Counted from the stretch's first letter, positions 16,282-26,646 are shown. The stretch: 34,674 nucleotides of DNA from Candidatus Ratteibacteria bacterium (GCA_046296715.1 JBKBIN010000013.1:1-34674); one strand, 5' to 3'. Notes: generated from the sequence alone by a model not told the origin. Program-made: numbers and translations.

Positions 16282-18498
16282 CTAAACCAAATTTATAAAA
16301 TAAGAAAAAAGGTAAAGACATGTTGATTTACTTAAAGGACGGTTATTATTACCACATTTTGGAGAAACAATACAAGAAGGACAGCCCATTTCACATTTAC
16401 AATTTAGTACTGAATTATAAGCAATTTTAATAATTTGTTCTATCCTTTCAAATCCAAGTTTAGTAATTCCAACTCCTCCTGGATAACCATCATATATAAA
16501 AATCGTTGCTTTTTGTGTCTGATCATGAAAAGTGAAAGAATAACCACCAATATCAAATCTATCACAGGTTACAACAAGAGGAAAAATACCTATCATTGAA
16601 TGTTCAACTGCATGAATACCACCAGAAAAATCCATTTTTTTATTTTTTAATTCTAAAACAATCTGGTCAGGAACTTCAATCCAGAGAGATTGTGTTTTAA
16701 AGTTTTGAGAAGGTAAATTTAAAATATATGTTCCTATCAATGTTTTATCTTTTTCCCTTCTTTTTTCATAACTTACAATTTGTTTTGTAACTTCTATCTC
16801 TCCAAATTTTATTTTGATCCTTTCTCCTTTTTCTTTCTCAATATCTAAAATATCTATCTTTTCCCACCAGTTTGGTTGTGTATAATAATCCCCATAGTTT
16901 TTTTCAACAACTACCATTTTCTTTTCAAAATTTATAAAAATAACTTCAAATTTTTTCCCTTTATGTAAATAAATTGCTCCTGGATGGCATTCAAATAAAA
17001 CTTTATCTTGTTCTATTTCTCCTATCTGTTTTTCGCTATCTATCTCAAAGATTGAATAAATCTCCCCTACACTTCTTAAATTTAAATCCCAGTGAATTGG
17101 TCTTCCTGGGTAAAAATATCTTCCATCTTTTGTTTTTGAAAACTTTTCTTTTTCAACTGTCTTATTTAATATATTCCCATAAATCTTACTATCCTCTTCT
17201 AAATTTAAAGGATATTCATACGAGGCGCATTTTATATGATTGGATGAAATAACTTCATTTTCAAAATTTATTATTATATCTTCAAATTGCCTCTTAACAA
17301 ATTCATCAGGATTCCTTATAAAATACTGATCAAGTGCATCTTCAAGAGCAATAAAAATAACAAGCCCTTCTCTTTTCCTTCCAACTCTACCAATCCTTTG
17401 CCATGTACTTATTATCGTTCCTGGATAACCAAATAAAATACAATTATCAAGATATCCAACATCAATTCCAAGCTCTAAAGCACTTGTTGAAATTACTCCT
17501 TTAAGTTGACCAGTAAAAAGTTTTTTCTCTATTTCCCTTCTTTCTTCAGGTAAATATCCGGCTCTGTATGAAGAAATTAAATTTTCTATTTTTCTATCGC
17601 TTTTTATAGCCCATAATTGTAATAATTCTGCTGATTTTCTACTGTTTGTAAATAGAATAGTTGATAATCCATAATTTATACTTTCTTTTAAAAGATTGAT
17701 TGCCTGGAAGTAATAAGATTCAAATTGTGAATTCCAGAAAATTATGTATTTTTTAGGTAAAGGAGAAGAATTTTCACTAATAACAGAAAATTTAACTCCA
17801 ACAAATTCTTCTGCAAATTTTTCAGGTTGATTTATTGTTGCAGAAAGTAAAATAAATTGAGGATTGCTTTGATATAGATTACAAATTCTTCTTAATCTTC
17901 TTATTACATGACTGACATTGGTTCCAAAAATTCCTTTATATGTATGTACCTCATCTATTACAACAAATCTTAATCCTGAAAAAAATGTCCTCCATTTTTC
18001 ATGAAAAGGTAAAATACTTGTATGCAGCATATCTGGATTTGTTAAGATTATATTGGGAAAATTTGCTCTTATTTTTTTCCTTACATCCTCTGGTGTGTCT
18101 CCATCATAAATCTCACACTTTGCGATTTCAAATTCTTTCAATGTTTTAAGTTGGTCTTGAGTTAATGCTTTTGTTGGGAAAATATAAAGACCTTTAATAT
18201 CTGGATTTTTCAAAATTTCATTATTAACAAAAGCATTATAAATTAACGATTTCCCGCTTCCTGTTGGTGTTGTAACTATAATATTTTCTCCTTTATTTAA
18301 TTTCTCCAGTCCTTCTTTTTGATGTAAATAAATTCTATCAATTTTCTTATTTTTTAACTTTTCTCTTAATGAAGGAAGAATAAAATCAGGCAAAGGATAA
18401 AAATTCCCTTTTTTTTCTTCTATCTCAATTATCTTTACAACATTTTCTTTATATTTTTTTGCTATATATTCAACAAACTTTCCAATATCCTTTTCCAT
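16282..18498 (-). CDS. SF2 DEAD/DEAH-box helicase with C-terminal DUF1998 Zn-binding domain (MrfA/YprA/SftH/Hrq1 family)
   Basis: TPTGSGKS, FPTKAL.QDQ, YDGDTP, TNPDMLH, DEVH, SAT, YRAGY, TSALELGIDVG, QRIGRVGR, HAVEH, FIYDGYPGGVG and CKCEMGCPSC..SPKCGN. Confidence 0.92.
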   Translation of the reverse strand: MEKDIGKFVEYIAKKYKENVVKIIEIEEKKGNFYPLPDFILPSLREKLKNKKIDRIYLHQKEGLEKLNKGENIIVTTPTGSGKSLIYNAFVNNEILKNPDIKGLYIFPTKALTQDQLKTLKEFEIAKCEIYDGDTPEDVRKKIRANFPNIILTNPDMLHTSILPFHEKWRTFFSGLRFVVIDEVHTYKGIFGTNVSHVIRRLRRICNLYQSNPQFILLSATINQPEKFAEEFVGVKFSVISENSSPLPKKYIIFWNSQFESYYFQAINLLKESINYGLSTILFTNSRKSAELLQLWAIKSDRKIENLISSYRAGYLPEERREIEKKLFTGQLKGVISTSALELGIDVGYLDNCILFGYPGTIISTWQRIGRVGRKREGLVIFIALEDALDQYFIRNPDEFVKRQFEDIIINFENEVISSNHIKCASYEYPLNLEEDSKIYGNILNKTVEKEKFSKTKDGRYFYPGRPIHWDLNLRSVGEIYSIFEIDSEKQIGEIEQDKVLFECHPGAIYLHKGKKFEVIFINFEKKMVVVEKNYGDYYTQPNWWEKIDILDIEKEKGERIKIKFGEIEVTKQIVSYEKRREKDKTLIGTYILNLPSQNFKTQSLWIEVPDQIVLELKNKKMDFSGGIHAVEHSMIGIFPLVVTCDRFDIGGYSFTFHDQTQKATIFIYDGYPGGVGITKLGFERIEQIIKIAYNSVLNCKCEMGCPSCIVSPKCGNNNRPLSKSTCLYLFSYFINLV

Positions 18499-18611
18499 AA
18501 TTTATATCTTATATCAAAAACCAAAAATAAACCAATTCGTCAGAAAAACAAAAATATAGATAGAATTTTTGAATAGGTTGTGAAAATTATTTGTCAGCCC
18601 TTCTTTCCCAA

Positions 18612-19667
18612 CTAACACCTACGAGGTGTAGGTAGGAAAATGTTTTCAAGGAGTTTTTCAATTATCTTTTCTTCAGGGTAAGTTCCAATTATTTTACCTT
18701 TTTTAAATAAAACCCATTTTTTATCTCCACCTGCTATACCTATATCTGCTTGTTTTGCCTCACCTGGTCCATTTACAGAACAACCCATAACCGCTATTTT
18801 TAATTTTTTTATTTCAGGATATTTTTTTTCAATTTTTTTTAATTCCCTTTTTACTTCTACTAATATTTTATTCAGATTTACTTTCATCCTTCCACAGGTC
18901 GGACAAGATATAATTTCTGGTTCAAAAGTTCTCAAATTCAATGCCTGTAATATTGATTTAGCAATTTTAATTTCTTCTTCTGGAGGTGCAGTCATTGAAA
19001 CTCTTATTGTATCTCCTATCCCTTCATTTAATAAAATGCCTATTCCTAATATTGATTTTGAAATTGCCAGATATCCACTTCCTGCTTCAGTTATTCCAAG
19101 ATGTAATGGATAATTATAAATTTCTGAAATTTTTCTATAAGATTCAATTGTTTCTTTCACATAAGGAGTTTTTAATGAAATTACGATTGAGAAAAAATTA
19201 TTGTCTTGGAAAAATTCAATTGTATTCTTTGCTTCTTCTAACAATGAATTTACAATATCACCTTTTAATTTTATAGACCCAGAATTTAAACCTATCCTTA
19301 CCGGAATATTGTATTCCTTTGCTATCTTTATTATTTCTCTTAAATATTTTTTATCAATATTTCCTGGATTTATTCTAATTTTGTCTATTCCTTTTTCAAT
19401 AGAAATTTTTGCAAGTCGCCAATCATAATGAATATCTGCTATAAATGGAATTTTAAACTCCTTTTTTAAAATAGGTATTGAATCAGTATCTTTTTCATTC
19501 AAAATTGAAAACCTAACCATTTCAGCACCTTCTTTTATCATCTTTTTAATCTGATTTTTCATTAAGTGTAGATTTGAAGTGGGAACTTTTGTCATTCCCT
19601 GAATAACTATTGGATTATCTCCACCAATATAAATATTGCCTATTTTAATAACTTTTGTATTTCTCAT
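18612..19667 (-). CDS. ispG: (E)-4-hydroxy-3-methylbut-2-enyl-diphosphate synthase
   Basis: ADIH, RINPGNI, RIGLNSGS, YPLHLGITEAG, GIGDTIRVS, ISCPTCGR and VMGCSVNGPGEA. Confidence 0.96.
   Translation of the reverse strand: MRNTKVIKIGNIYIGGDNPIVIQGMTKVPTSNLHLMKNQIKKMIKEGAEMVRFSILNEKDTDSIPILKKEFKIPFIADIHYDWRLAKISIEKGIDKIRINPGNIDKKYLREIIKIAKEYNIPVRIGLNSGSIKLKGDIVNSLLEEAKNTIEFFQDNNFFSIVISLKTPYVKETIESYRKISEIYNYPLHLGITEAGSGYLAISKSILGIGILLNEGIGDTIRVSMTAPPEEEIKIAKSILQALNLRTFEPEIISCPTCGRMKVNLNKILVEVKRELKKIEKKYPEIKKLKIAVMGCSVNGPGEAKQADIGIAGGDKKWVLFKKGKIIGTYPEEKIIEKLLENIFLPTPRRC
18613..18636. repeat. REP-like palindromic repeat, copy 1 (TAACACCTACGAGGTG-TAGGTAGG), overlapping the 3' end of ispG
   Basis: 16-nt exact match to 32935-32950. 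Hairpin ACACCT-ACG-AGGTGT with flanking GTAG/TAGG units. Confidence 0.6.
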
Positions 19668-20740
19668 TTAAATTTCAAATTCCTTTCAAAAATTCTTCCT
19701 ATATCTTGATATGTTATATAAATTGCAAATAAAATAAGTGAAACTGCTCCTATATTCTGAATTATCTGTAATATTTTTTTACTTGGTCTTTTTTTTCTAA
19801 TTTTTTCAATTAAAAGCCCAAAAATATGTCCTCCATCAAGAACAGGATATGGTATGAGATTTATAATTCCAAGATTTATACTTAATATAGCCATAAATTG
19901 TAAATAACTCACAAATCCTACTTTCCATGCAGCAACTGCTATTTCAGATATACCAACAGGTCCTGTAAAATGCTTTATTGATAATTTTCTTTGAAATAGA
20001 AGTTTCAGACCAAACAAAGTTGTTGAACATATATTACAAAATTCTTTAAAACTTTTGACAACTGCAAGATGGAGAGGATATTTTTCAAATTTCTCTTTTG
20101 GCAAAATTCCAATAATGTATTCAACATGTTTTTTTCCTTTTATTTCAATTTCATAAGGTGCTGGTTTTATATTAAATACTAAAATTTCATTACCTCTTTT
20201 AATTTTTAAATTTACAGGGATATCTTTATTTTTTTTTGTAAACTCTTTAATTTTTAAGGTAACATCCAACCATGTTTTACATTTTTCTCCATTTACCTCA
20301 AGTATTTCGTCTCCTATTTTTAAGCCACTTTTTTCTGCAGGAAAATTTTTAATAAATTCGCCTATTTTTGTTCCTTCATAACTTATTGTACCGATTAAAA
20401 AGACAGGGATTAAAAGAATAAAACCAAAAAGAAGATTATTTAAAGAACCTGCAAGCAAAATTTTACTTCTTATTCCAGGACTTTTTCCCATATATTCCCA
20501 TTTCTCAAAATTTTCCTTATCAATCTCTTCGCCAGCAAGTTTAACATAACCACCAAAAAGAATAAGTGAAATAGTATAAGTTGTATCACCTATCTTCTTT
20601 TCAAAAATTTTCGGACCAAAACCTATAGAAAACTTTTCAACTTTTACTCCATTTCTTTTCGCAACTATAAAATGACCAAATTCATGAATTGTTATTAAGA
20701 CAGAAAAAAGTATAATTAAAGAGATTACAGAACCAATCAT
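19664..20740 (-). CDS. rseP: RIP metalloprotease RseP
   Basis: HEFGH, FSIGFGP, GGYVKL, a PDZ domain, GPVGI and NLIPYPVLDGGH. Confidence 0.94.
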   Translation of the reverse strand: MIGSVISLIILFSVLITIHEFGHFIVAKRNGVKVEKFSIGFGPKIFEKKIGDTTYTISLILFGGYVKLAGEEIDKENFEKWEYMGKSPGIRSKILLAGSLNNLLFGFILLIPVFLIGTISYEGTKIGEFIKNFPAEKSGLKIGDEILEVNGEKCKTWLDVTLKIKEFTKKNKDIPVNLKIKRGNEILVFNIKPAPYEIEIKGKKHVEYIIGILPKEKFEKYPLHLAVVKSFKEFCNICSTTLFGLKLLFQRKLSIKHFTGPVGISEIAVAAWKVGFVSYLQFMAILSINLGIINLIPYPVLDGGHIFGLLIEKIRKKRPSKKILQIIQNIGAVSLILFAIYITYQDIGRIFERNLKFK

Positions 20741-21867
20741 TTCTGACCTCCTACAATTTTTTCAATCTGATTTCTTGCCCAGTTATGGTAATAAAAAACA
20801 TCTTCAATATCTAACTTTTCTTTATATTGATGAACTTCAACAACTTTTTCCACATATTTTATAATATCTTGAAATTTTATTTTTCCTTCTAAAAAATATT
20901 CAACAATTCTTTCATTTGCTCCATTTAGAACAACAGGATATGAACCTTTTTTTCTTATCGCTTGTTTTGCTAAATTTAACCATTTTGTTTTTTTATCTAC
21001 TTTTTTAAAATGCAATTTTTTAATTCTACCAAAATCTATATATTTTAGTCCAGAATTCACTCTTTCGGGATAATTTAAAACATAATTTATTGGCAGTTTC
21101 ATATCAGGAATAAAACCAACAAGTTTAGAAGTTCCATCTATAAATTCAACTATTCCATGTATTATTGCTTCAGGATGAATAATTACATCTATCTGACTTT
21201 CATCTAAGGAAAAAAGATAATGTGCTTCTATAATTTCAAACGCTTTATTCATCATTGTTGCTGAATCTATTGTGATTTTCTTTCCCATTTTCCATATTGG
21301 ATGAGTAAGTGCTTCTTTAATATTTAGATTTTTCTTTCTTTTTTTATATAAAGGGCCACCAGAAGCAGTTAAATAAATTTTCCTTAAATTCTTGTTTTCA
21401 TATTTTATAATTTGGAAGATTGCATTATGTTCACTATCAACAGGCAAAATTTCAAAACAATAATCTTTTTTTAATCTTTCAATAATTTCTCCTCCTGAAA
21501 CAAGAATTTCTTTTGTAGCAAGTGCTATCTTCTTTCTATTTTTTATACACTCTATAAAAGCAGGAAGTGTTTTTATGCCAGGAATTGCAAATATATAAAA
21601 ATCGCCTTCTTTTAAATTTGCAATTTCAATAAGTCCTTGTTCTCCAAAAAAAAATTTAATATTTTTATATTTTTTCTCTAAATCTTGATTTTTTTCTTCA
21701 ATGTAAACATATTTTGGCTTAAATTCTTCTATCTGCTTTATAAGTAATTTTTTATTTTTTTTACATGCAAGGCATAAAACATTAAATTTGTCTTTTTGTC
21801 TTCTTATAACTTCAAGGGCATTCTGTCCTATTGTACCTGTTGAACCATATATTACAATATTTTTCAT
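20737..21867 (-). CDS. dxr: 1-deoxy-D-xylulose-5-phosphate reductoisomerase
   Basis: GSTGTIG, LPVDSEH, LTASGGP, HPIWKMGKKITIDSATMMNK and LNGANE. Confidence 0.96.
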   Translation of the reverse strand: MKNIVIYGSTGTIGQNALEVIRRQKDKFNVLCLACKKNKKLLIKQIEEFKPKYVYIEEKNQDLEKKYKNIKFFFGEQGLIEIANLKEGDFYIFAIPGIKTLPAFIECIKNRKKIALATKEILVSGGEIIERLKKDYCFEILPVDSEHNAIFQIIKYENKNLRKIYLTASGGPLYKKRKKNLNIKEALTHPIWKMGKKITIDSATMMNKAFEIIEAHYLFSLDESQIDVIIHPEAIIHGIVEFIDGTSKLVGFIPDMKLPINYVLNYPERVNSGLKYIDFGRIKKLHFKKVDKKTKWLNLAKQAIRKKGSYPVVLNGANERIVEYFLEGKIKFQDIIKYVEKVVEVHQYKEKLDIEDVFYYHNWARNQIEKIVGGQK

Positions 21868-21870
21868 TTT

Positions 21871-22569
21871 CTATAATCCCCCAAATTTTCTTTTTCTTCT
21901 TTGATAATCTAAAAGCGCCTTTAAAAACTCTTTTTCATCAAAATCAGGCCATAGAACTTTTGTAAAATAAAATTCTGCATATGCAGATTGCCATAATAAA
22001 AAATTACTTATCCTTTTTTCACCACTTGTCCTTATTATCAAGTCAGGATCAGGAACATCAGGAAGATAAAGAAATTTGCTTAATAATTCCTCGTTTATTT
22101 CTTCAAGTTTGTATCCATTTTTAATCATTTGTCTGACACTATCAATTATTTCGCTTCTCCCTCCATAATTTATAGCAAAGATTAAATTGAGTCCTGTATT
22201 TTTCTTTGTTAAATTCTCAACATAATTTATTTTTTTTATAAGACTAAGTGGCAATTCTGATATTCTTCCGCTAAATCTCACTCTTACATTATTTTTATGT
22301 AAATCCTCTCCTTCCTTCTCTAAATTTTTTTCCATTAATGAAAAAAGAAATTCAACTTCTTCTTTCGGTCTTTTCCAGTTTTCTGTTGAGAATGAATATA
22401 AAGTAAGATACTTTATATTATATTTATTTGCTGCTTTTACAGTCCTTCTAACTGCCTCTATCCCTTCTTTATGGCCTAAAATTCTTGGTAAATTTCTTTT
22501 TTCTGCCCATCTTCCATTCCCATCCATAATAATTCCAATATGACAAGGTATAATTTTCAATTTTACCAT
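21871..22569 (-). CDS. uppS: Undecaprenyl diphosphate synthase (isoprenyl transferase)
   Basis: HIGIIMDGNGRWA, FSTENWKRP, NYGGRSEI, PDLIIRTSGEKRISNFLLWQ and RKFGG. Confidence 0.96.
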   Translation of the reverse strand: MVKLKIIPCHIGIIMDGNGRWAEKRNLPRILGHKEGIEAVRRTVKAANKYNIKYLTLYSFSTENWKRPKEEVEFLFSLMEKNLEKEGEDLHKNNVRVRFSGRISELPLSLIKKINYVENLTKKNTGLNLIFAINYGGRSEIIDSVRQMIKNGYKLEEINEELLSKFLYLPDVPDPDLIIRTSGEKRISNFLLWQSAYAEFYFTKVLWPDFDEKEFLKALLDYQRRKRKFGGL

Positions 22570-22572
22570 TTT

Positions 22573-23283
22573 TTAAAGTTGAAATTTTTCTCCAAAATAT
22601 ACACTCCTTGATTCTGGGTGATTTAAGATTTGTTCTGGTGTGCCCTCAATTAATATTTCACCTTCATAAATCAAATATGCTCTATCTGTTATCTTCAGTG
22701 CTTCCCTTACATTATGGTCTGTCAAAAGTATTCCAATATTTTCATTTTTTAAATTTACAATGATATCCTGAATTTCACTCACTGTTTTTGGATCAATTCC
22801 CGAAAATGGCTCGTCAAGAAGAAAAAATTTAGGAGAAAATGCTAAGCTTCTCGCTATTTCAAGACGTCTTTTTTCTCCTCCTGAAAGATTTCCTGCAATT
22901 TTATCTTTAAGATGATAAATTTCAAGTTTTTTCAAACATCTTTCTATTATCATTTCCCTTTCTTCTTTATAAAAATCTTCAAGCACTATTTCAAGATTTT
23001 CTTCAACAGTTAATTTTTTAAATATTGATATTTCTTGAGGTAGATAAGAAATACCATCTCTTGCTTTTTTCCATGTCGGAAGTTTCGTTATATCTTTATC
23101 TCCTAAAAATATTTGACCTGAATCTGGCAAAAGAAAACCCATTATTATTTCAAAGGTGGTTGTTTTTCCTGCTCCATTTGGTCCTAAAAGTCCAACTACT
23201 TCTCCAGTCCTAATATGCATAGATATACCTTTTAAAACAACTTTATTTTTGAATGATTTTTTTAAATTTTTTATTTCAAGCAT
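22573..23283 (-). CDS. lptB: LPS export ABC transporter ATP-binding protein
   Basis: GEVVGLLGPNGAGKTT, YLPQE.SIFKKLTVEEN, LSGGEKRRLEIAR, LLDEPFSGIDP, TDHNVRE and YFGEKFQL. Confidence 0.92.
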   Translation of the reverse strand: MLEIKNLKKSFKNKVVLKGISMHIRTGEVVGLLGPNGAGKTTTFEIIMGFLLPDSGQIFLGDKDITKLPTWKKARDGISYLPQEISIFKKLTVEENLEIVLEDFYKEEREMIIERCLKKLEIYHLKDKIAGNLSGGEKRRLEIARSLAFSPKFFLLDEPFSGIDPKTVSEIQDIIVNLKNENIGILLTDHNVREALKITDRAYLIYEGEILIEGTPEQILNHPESRSVYFGEKFQL

Positions 23284-23288
23284 TTTTT

Positions 23289-24308
23289 TTAAAGTAAAGT
23301 ATCAAATTTTTCCTTATGTTTACTTATTCCAAGATGTTTATATGCAAGTTCTGTCGCAACTCTTCCCTGTGGTGTCTTTTTAAGAAAACCCTTCCGTATA
23401 AGAAAACTTTCATAAACTTCTTCAATTGTGCTTGGTTCTTCTCCAATTGCTATTGATAAACTTTTAACACCTACAGGCCCTCCATTAAATTTTGTTATTA
23501 TAACTTCAAGAATTTTTTTGTCCATCTCATCAAGTCCTTCCTCATCAATATCCATCTTGTCCAAAGCCAATCTTGCAATTTCTTTATCTATCACACCTTT
23601 CCCTTTAACTTCGGCATAATCTCTAACTCTTCTTAATAATCTATTTGCAACTCTTGGTGTCCCTCTTGATCTTTTACTTATTTCTTCTGCACCTTCATCG
23701 CTTATTCTTATATTCAATATTCTTGCTGACCTTTTTATAATTTCTTTAAGTTCTTTATCTGAATAATAGTCAAGTCGGTGAAGTATCCCAAATCTATTTC
23801 TTAATGGAGAAGTCAAAAGACCTATTCTTGTTGTTGCTCCGCATAGAGTAAATGGCTTTAAAGGTATTTTAACACTCCTTGCTTTAGGTCCTTCTCCGAT
23901 AACTATATCTATTACAAATTCCTCCATTGCACTATAAAGAAATTCTTCAACATTTCTTGGTAAACGATGAATTTCATCTATAAATAAAACATCCCCTTCT
24001 TCAAGATTTGTCAAAATTCCTGCCAATTCCCCAACTTTTTCAATAACAGGTCCTGAAGATGCTTTTATATTAACACCGAGTTCATTTGCAACAATATATG
24101 CAAGAGTTGTCTTTCCTATTCCTGGAGGTCCATAAAATAAAATATGGTCAAGAACTTCTTTCCTATTTTTTGCTGCTTCTATAAAAACTTTCAAATTTTC
24201 TTTAACTTTATCCTGACCAATAAACTCGTCAATTTTCCTTGGTCTTAGTGTGTTTTCATAAGTTAAATCTTCATTCTTAATTTCAGGAGAAGTTATCCTT
24301 TCACTCAT
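23289..24308 (-). CDS. ruvB: Holliday junction branch migration helicase RuvB
   Basis: [47 protein letters not shown] and TPQGR. Confidence 0.97.
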   Translation of the reverse strand: MSERITSPEIKNEDLTYENTLRPRKIDEFIGQDKVKENLKVFIEAAKNRKEVLDHILFYGPPGIGKTTLAYIVANELGVNIKASSGPVIEKVGELAGILTNLEEGDVLFIDEIHRLPRNVEEFLYSAMEEFVIDIVIGEGPKARSVKIPLKPFTLCGATTRIGLLTSPLRNRFGILHRLDYYSDKELKEIIKRSARILNIRISDEGAEEISKRSRGTPRVANRLLRRVRDYAEVKGKGVIDKEIARLALDKMDIDEEGLDEMDKKILEVIITKFNGGPVGVKSLSIAIGEEPSTIEEVYESFLIRKGFLKKTPQGRVATELAYKHLGISKHKEKFDTLL

Positions 24309-24886
24309 TTAAATCTCCTTAATGCTTCTTTTATCAAATCTTCAAGAGAAATTTTTCCTTGTTTCTCTTTCAATATCTCATTAACAATTTCTATTGCTTC
24401 TTTTCTTTTATATCCTAAAACTATAAGCGCTTCAACTGAATTATTTAAAAGTTCTCTTTCTTTGTTATTATTAACCAAAACCGGAATTTTTTCAATTTTT
24501 TGTTTTAACTCAACTATCATTCTTTCTGCTGTTTTCTTGCCAATCCCAGGAACATTTTCAAAAAAAGAGATATTTTCTGTGATTATTCCATGATAAATCT
24601 CTTCAATTGATAATCCAGAAAGAATTCTTAAAGCAACTTTTGGACCAATTCCTGGAACTGTGATAAGTAATAAAAACAATTCTCTCTCCTCTTTCTCTAT
24701 AAAACCATAAAGATTAATTTTCTCTTCTGACAATTGTTGATATACATAAAGTAATACCTCCTCACCTTCCTGAATTTTCTCTGATGTTTGTAATGAAACT
24801 TCAACAAAGTAACCAATACCATTATTTTCTATAACTACATATGTTGGTGTTTTTAAAAAAACCTTACCCTTTATAAAATATAACAT
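24305..24886 (-). CDS. ruvA: Holliday junction branch migration protein RuvA
   Basis: GIGY, LYGF, HhH motifs [10 protein letters not shown] and [12 protein letters not shown], and EALIVLGY. Confidence 0.95.
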   Translation of the reverse strand: MLYFIKGKVFLKTPTYVVIENNGIGYFVEVSLQTSEKIQEGEEVLLYVYQQLSEEKINLYGFIEKEERELFLLLITVPGIGPKVALRILSGLSIEEIYHGIITENISFFENVPGIGKKTAERMIVELKQKIEKIPVLVNNNKERELLNNSVEALIVLGYKRKEAIEIVNEILKEKQGKISLEDLIKEALRRFK

Positions 24887-25346
24887 TTTCTTTTAATTTA
24901 AAAAGAGCAGATATAGCAACAGCTGTAGCATCAGTTTCTTCAAAGTTTCTGAAACTATAACAATTTGTTAAATTTTCAACCATAAATTTTACTTGCTCCT
25001 TTGTTGCACCACCTTTTCCTGTAATAAGTTGTTTAATTTCTCTCGGAGGGATAAGAACAAATTTTATATTTCTTGTTATACAAAGTCCTATAATTCCACC
25101 TATAAGTATTCCTATTTTCAAAGCAATCTGAACATTTTTAGCAACATATATTTCTTCAATTGAAATTAAATCTGGAGAAAATTTTCCAATCAATTTCTCA
25201 AAGTTTTTTATAAGATAGTCAATTTTACTTTCATAATTTAATTTTAAGGTTGGAATAAAAACGCCACTTTCAACAATATTTAAATTCTCTTTAATAACAC
25301 TATAACCCAATTTATTTATTCCCGGATCTATGCCAATTATTTTCAA
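24864..25346 (-). CDS. ruvC: Crossover junction endodeoxyribonuclease RuvC
   Basis: IIGIDPG, SIEE, GKGGATKEQV and TDATAVAI. TTG start. Canonical yebC-ruvC-ruvA-ruvB order. Confidence 0.93.
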   Translation of the reverse strand: MKIIGIDPGINKLGYSVIKENLNIVESGVFIPTLKLNYESKIDYLIKNFEKLIGKFSPDLISIEEIYVAKNVQIALKIGILIGGIIGLCITRNIKFVLIPPREIKQLITGKGGATKEQVKFMVENLTNCYSFRNFEETDATAVAISALFKLKENVIFYKG

Positions 25347-25351
25347 TTTCT

Positions 25352-26101
25352 TTATTTTGACACCCTTTCAAGTATTTCGTCTGATATATCAAAATTTGCA
25401 TAAACATTTTGAACATCTTCTGATTCTTCCAGTTCGTCAAGAAGTTTTAAAAGATTTTCTGCTTGTTTTCCTTCAAGGTGCACTGTATTTTTAGGAATAT
25501 AAGTGATACTTGCACTTTCTATCGGTATATTGTTTTGTTCAATACTTTTTTTGACATTCTCAAAGTTTTCAACAGAAGTTATTATTTCATATGTATCTTT
25601 CTCTGTTTTCATATCTTCTGCACCAGCATCAATTATAATACCCATAAGTTTATCCTCCTCTATATTTTCTTTTTTTACAATTATCAATCCTTTTCTTTCA
25701 AAAATCCAAGAAACACTTCCAGCACCAGCAAGATTCCCATCATGCCTTGAAAAGATTGACCTTATTTCTGAAGCACTTCTATTTTTATTATCAGTTAAAA
25801 CCTCAACAAAAATTGCAACACCTCCTGGCCCATACCCTTCATATGTAACCTGTTCGTAATTTACACCTCCCTCTTCTCCAGAACCTTTTTTAATTGCTCT
25901 TTGAATATTCTCGTTAGGCATATTCACACTTTTTGCTTTTTCTATTGCAAGTCTTAACCTTGGATTTGTTTCTGGATTTGGCCCCCCTATTTTTGTTGCA
26001 ACAATTATTTCTCTTATTATTTTTGTAAATATTTTTCCTTTTCTTGCATCCATTGCCATTTTTTTATGTTTTATACTATGCCATTTAGAATGTCCAGACA
26101 T
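25352..26101 (-). CDS. yebC: YebC/PmpR family protein
   Basis: MSGHSKWHSIKHKK, NPRLR, YEGYGPGG, TDNKNR and DVQNVYAN. Confidence 0.96.
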   Translation of the reverse strand: MSGHSKWHSIKHKKMAMDARKGKIFTKIIREIIVATKIGGPNPETNPRLRLAIEKAKSVNMPNENIQRAIKKGSGEEGGVNYEQVTYEGYGPGGVAIFVEVLTDNKNRSASEIRSIFSRHDGNLAGAGSVSWIFERKGLIIVKKENIEEDKLMGIIIDAGAEDMKTEKDTYEIITSVENFENVKKSIEQNNIPIESASITYIPKNTVHLEGKQAENLLKLLDELEESEDVQNVYANFDISDEILERVSK

Positions 26102-26113
26102 AAAACCTCCTTT

Positions 26114-26644
26114 TTATTTCTCTTCTTTTAACTTTTTCCAAAACTCTTTTGCACTTAAATTCTCTATTAATTTTCTAAATTCTTCTATTTCTTTTCTGTC
26201 TATCGGACTATCAAATTTATCTGTTTTGATAAATTTCTCACTATTATAATATTTTACAACCTCTTCACTTTCAAGTAAATCTTCAGAAGCATAAATTGGT
26301 GCGTCACATCTTAAAGCAAGCGCAATTCCATCACTTGGTCTACAATCAACTCTTTCTATTTTTCCATCAATTTCAATTATAAGGTCTGCATAATAAACAC
26401 TTTCTTTTAAAGAATGGATTTCAAGTTTTTTAACTTTACCTTTAAGTTTTTCAATTAAGATCTTCATTAGATCATGTGTAAGAGGCCTCGGGAATTCAGC
26501 TTTTTCAAGAAAAATTAGAATTGATTGTGCTTCATAAATTCCAATAACTATTGGTAAAACTTTTCCATTATCGCTTTTTAATATAACTATTGGAGTACTT
26601 GTTAAAATATTTAAAACAACTCCATCAACATAAACTCTCCTCAT
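26114..26644 (-). CDS. Bifunctional nuclease (DUF151/BFN) family protein
   Basis: LPIVIGIYEA, PRPLTHDL and DCRPSDGIALALR...PIY. Confidence 0.9.
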   Translation of the reverse strand: MRRVYVDGVVLNILTSTPIVILKSDNGKVLPIVIGIYEAQSILIFLEKAEFPRPLTHDLMKILIEKLKGKVKKLEIHSLKESVYYADLIIEIDGKIERVDCRPSDGIALALRCDAPIYASEDLLESEEVVKYYNSEKFIKTDKFDSPIDRKEIEEFRKLIENLSAKEFWKKLKEEK

Positions 26645-26646
26645 AT

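Noticed and set aside
14616..18498. Genomic island integrated at tRNA-Glu
   Set aside because: No integrase, no duplicated tRNA 3' end seen, and no evident composition shift.
16282..18498. DISARM or other DUF1998 anti-phage system
   Set aside because: No methylase, DrmA/DrmC/DrmD or nuclease partners nearby; the motifs match the MrfA/Hrq1 repair family.
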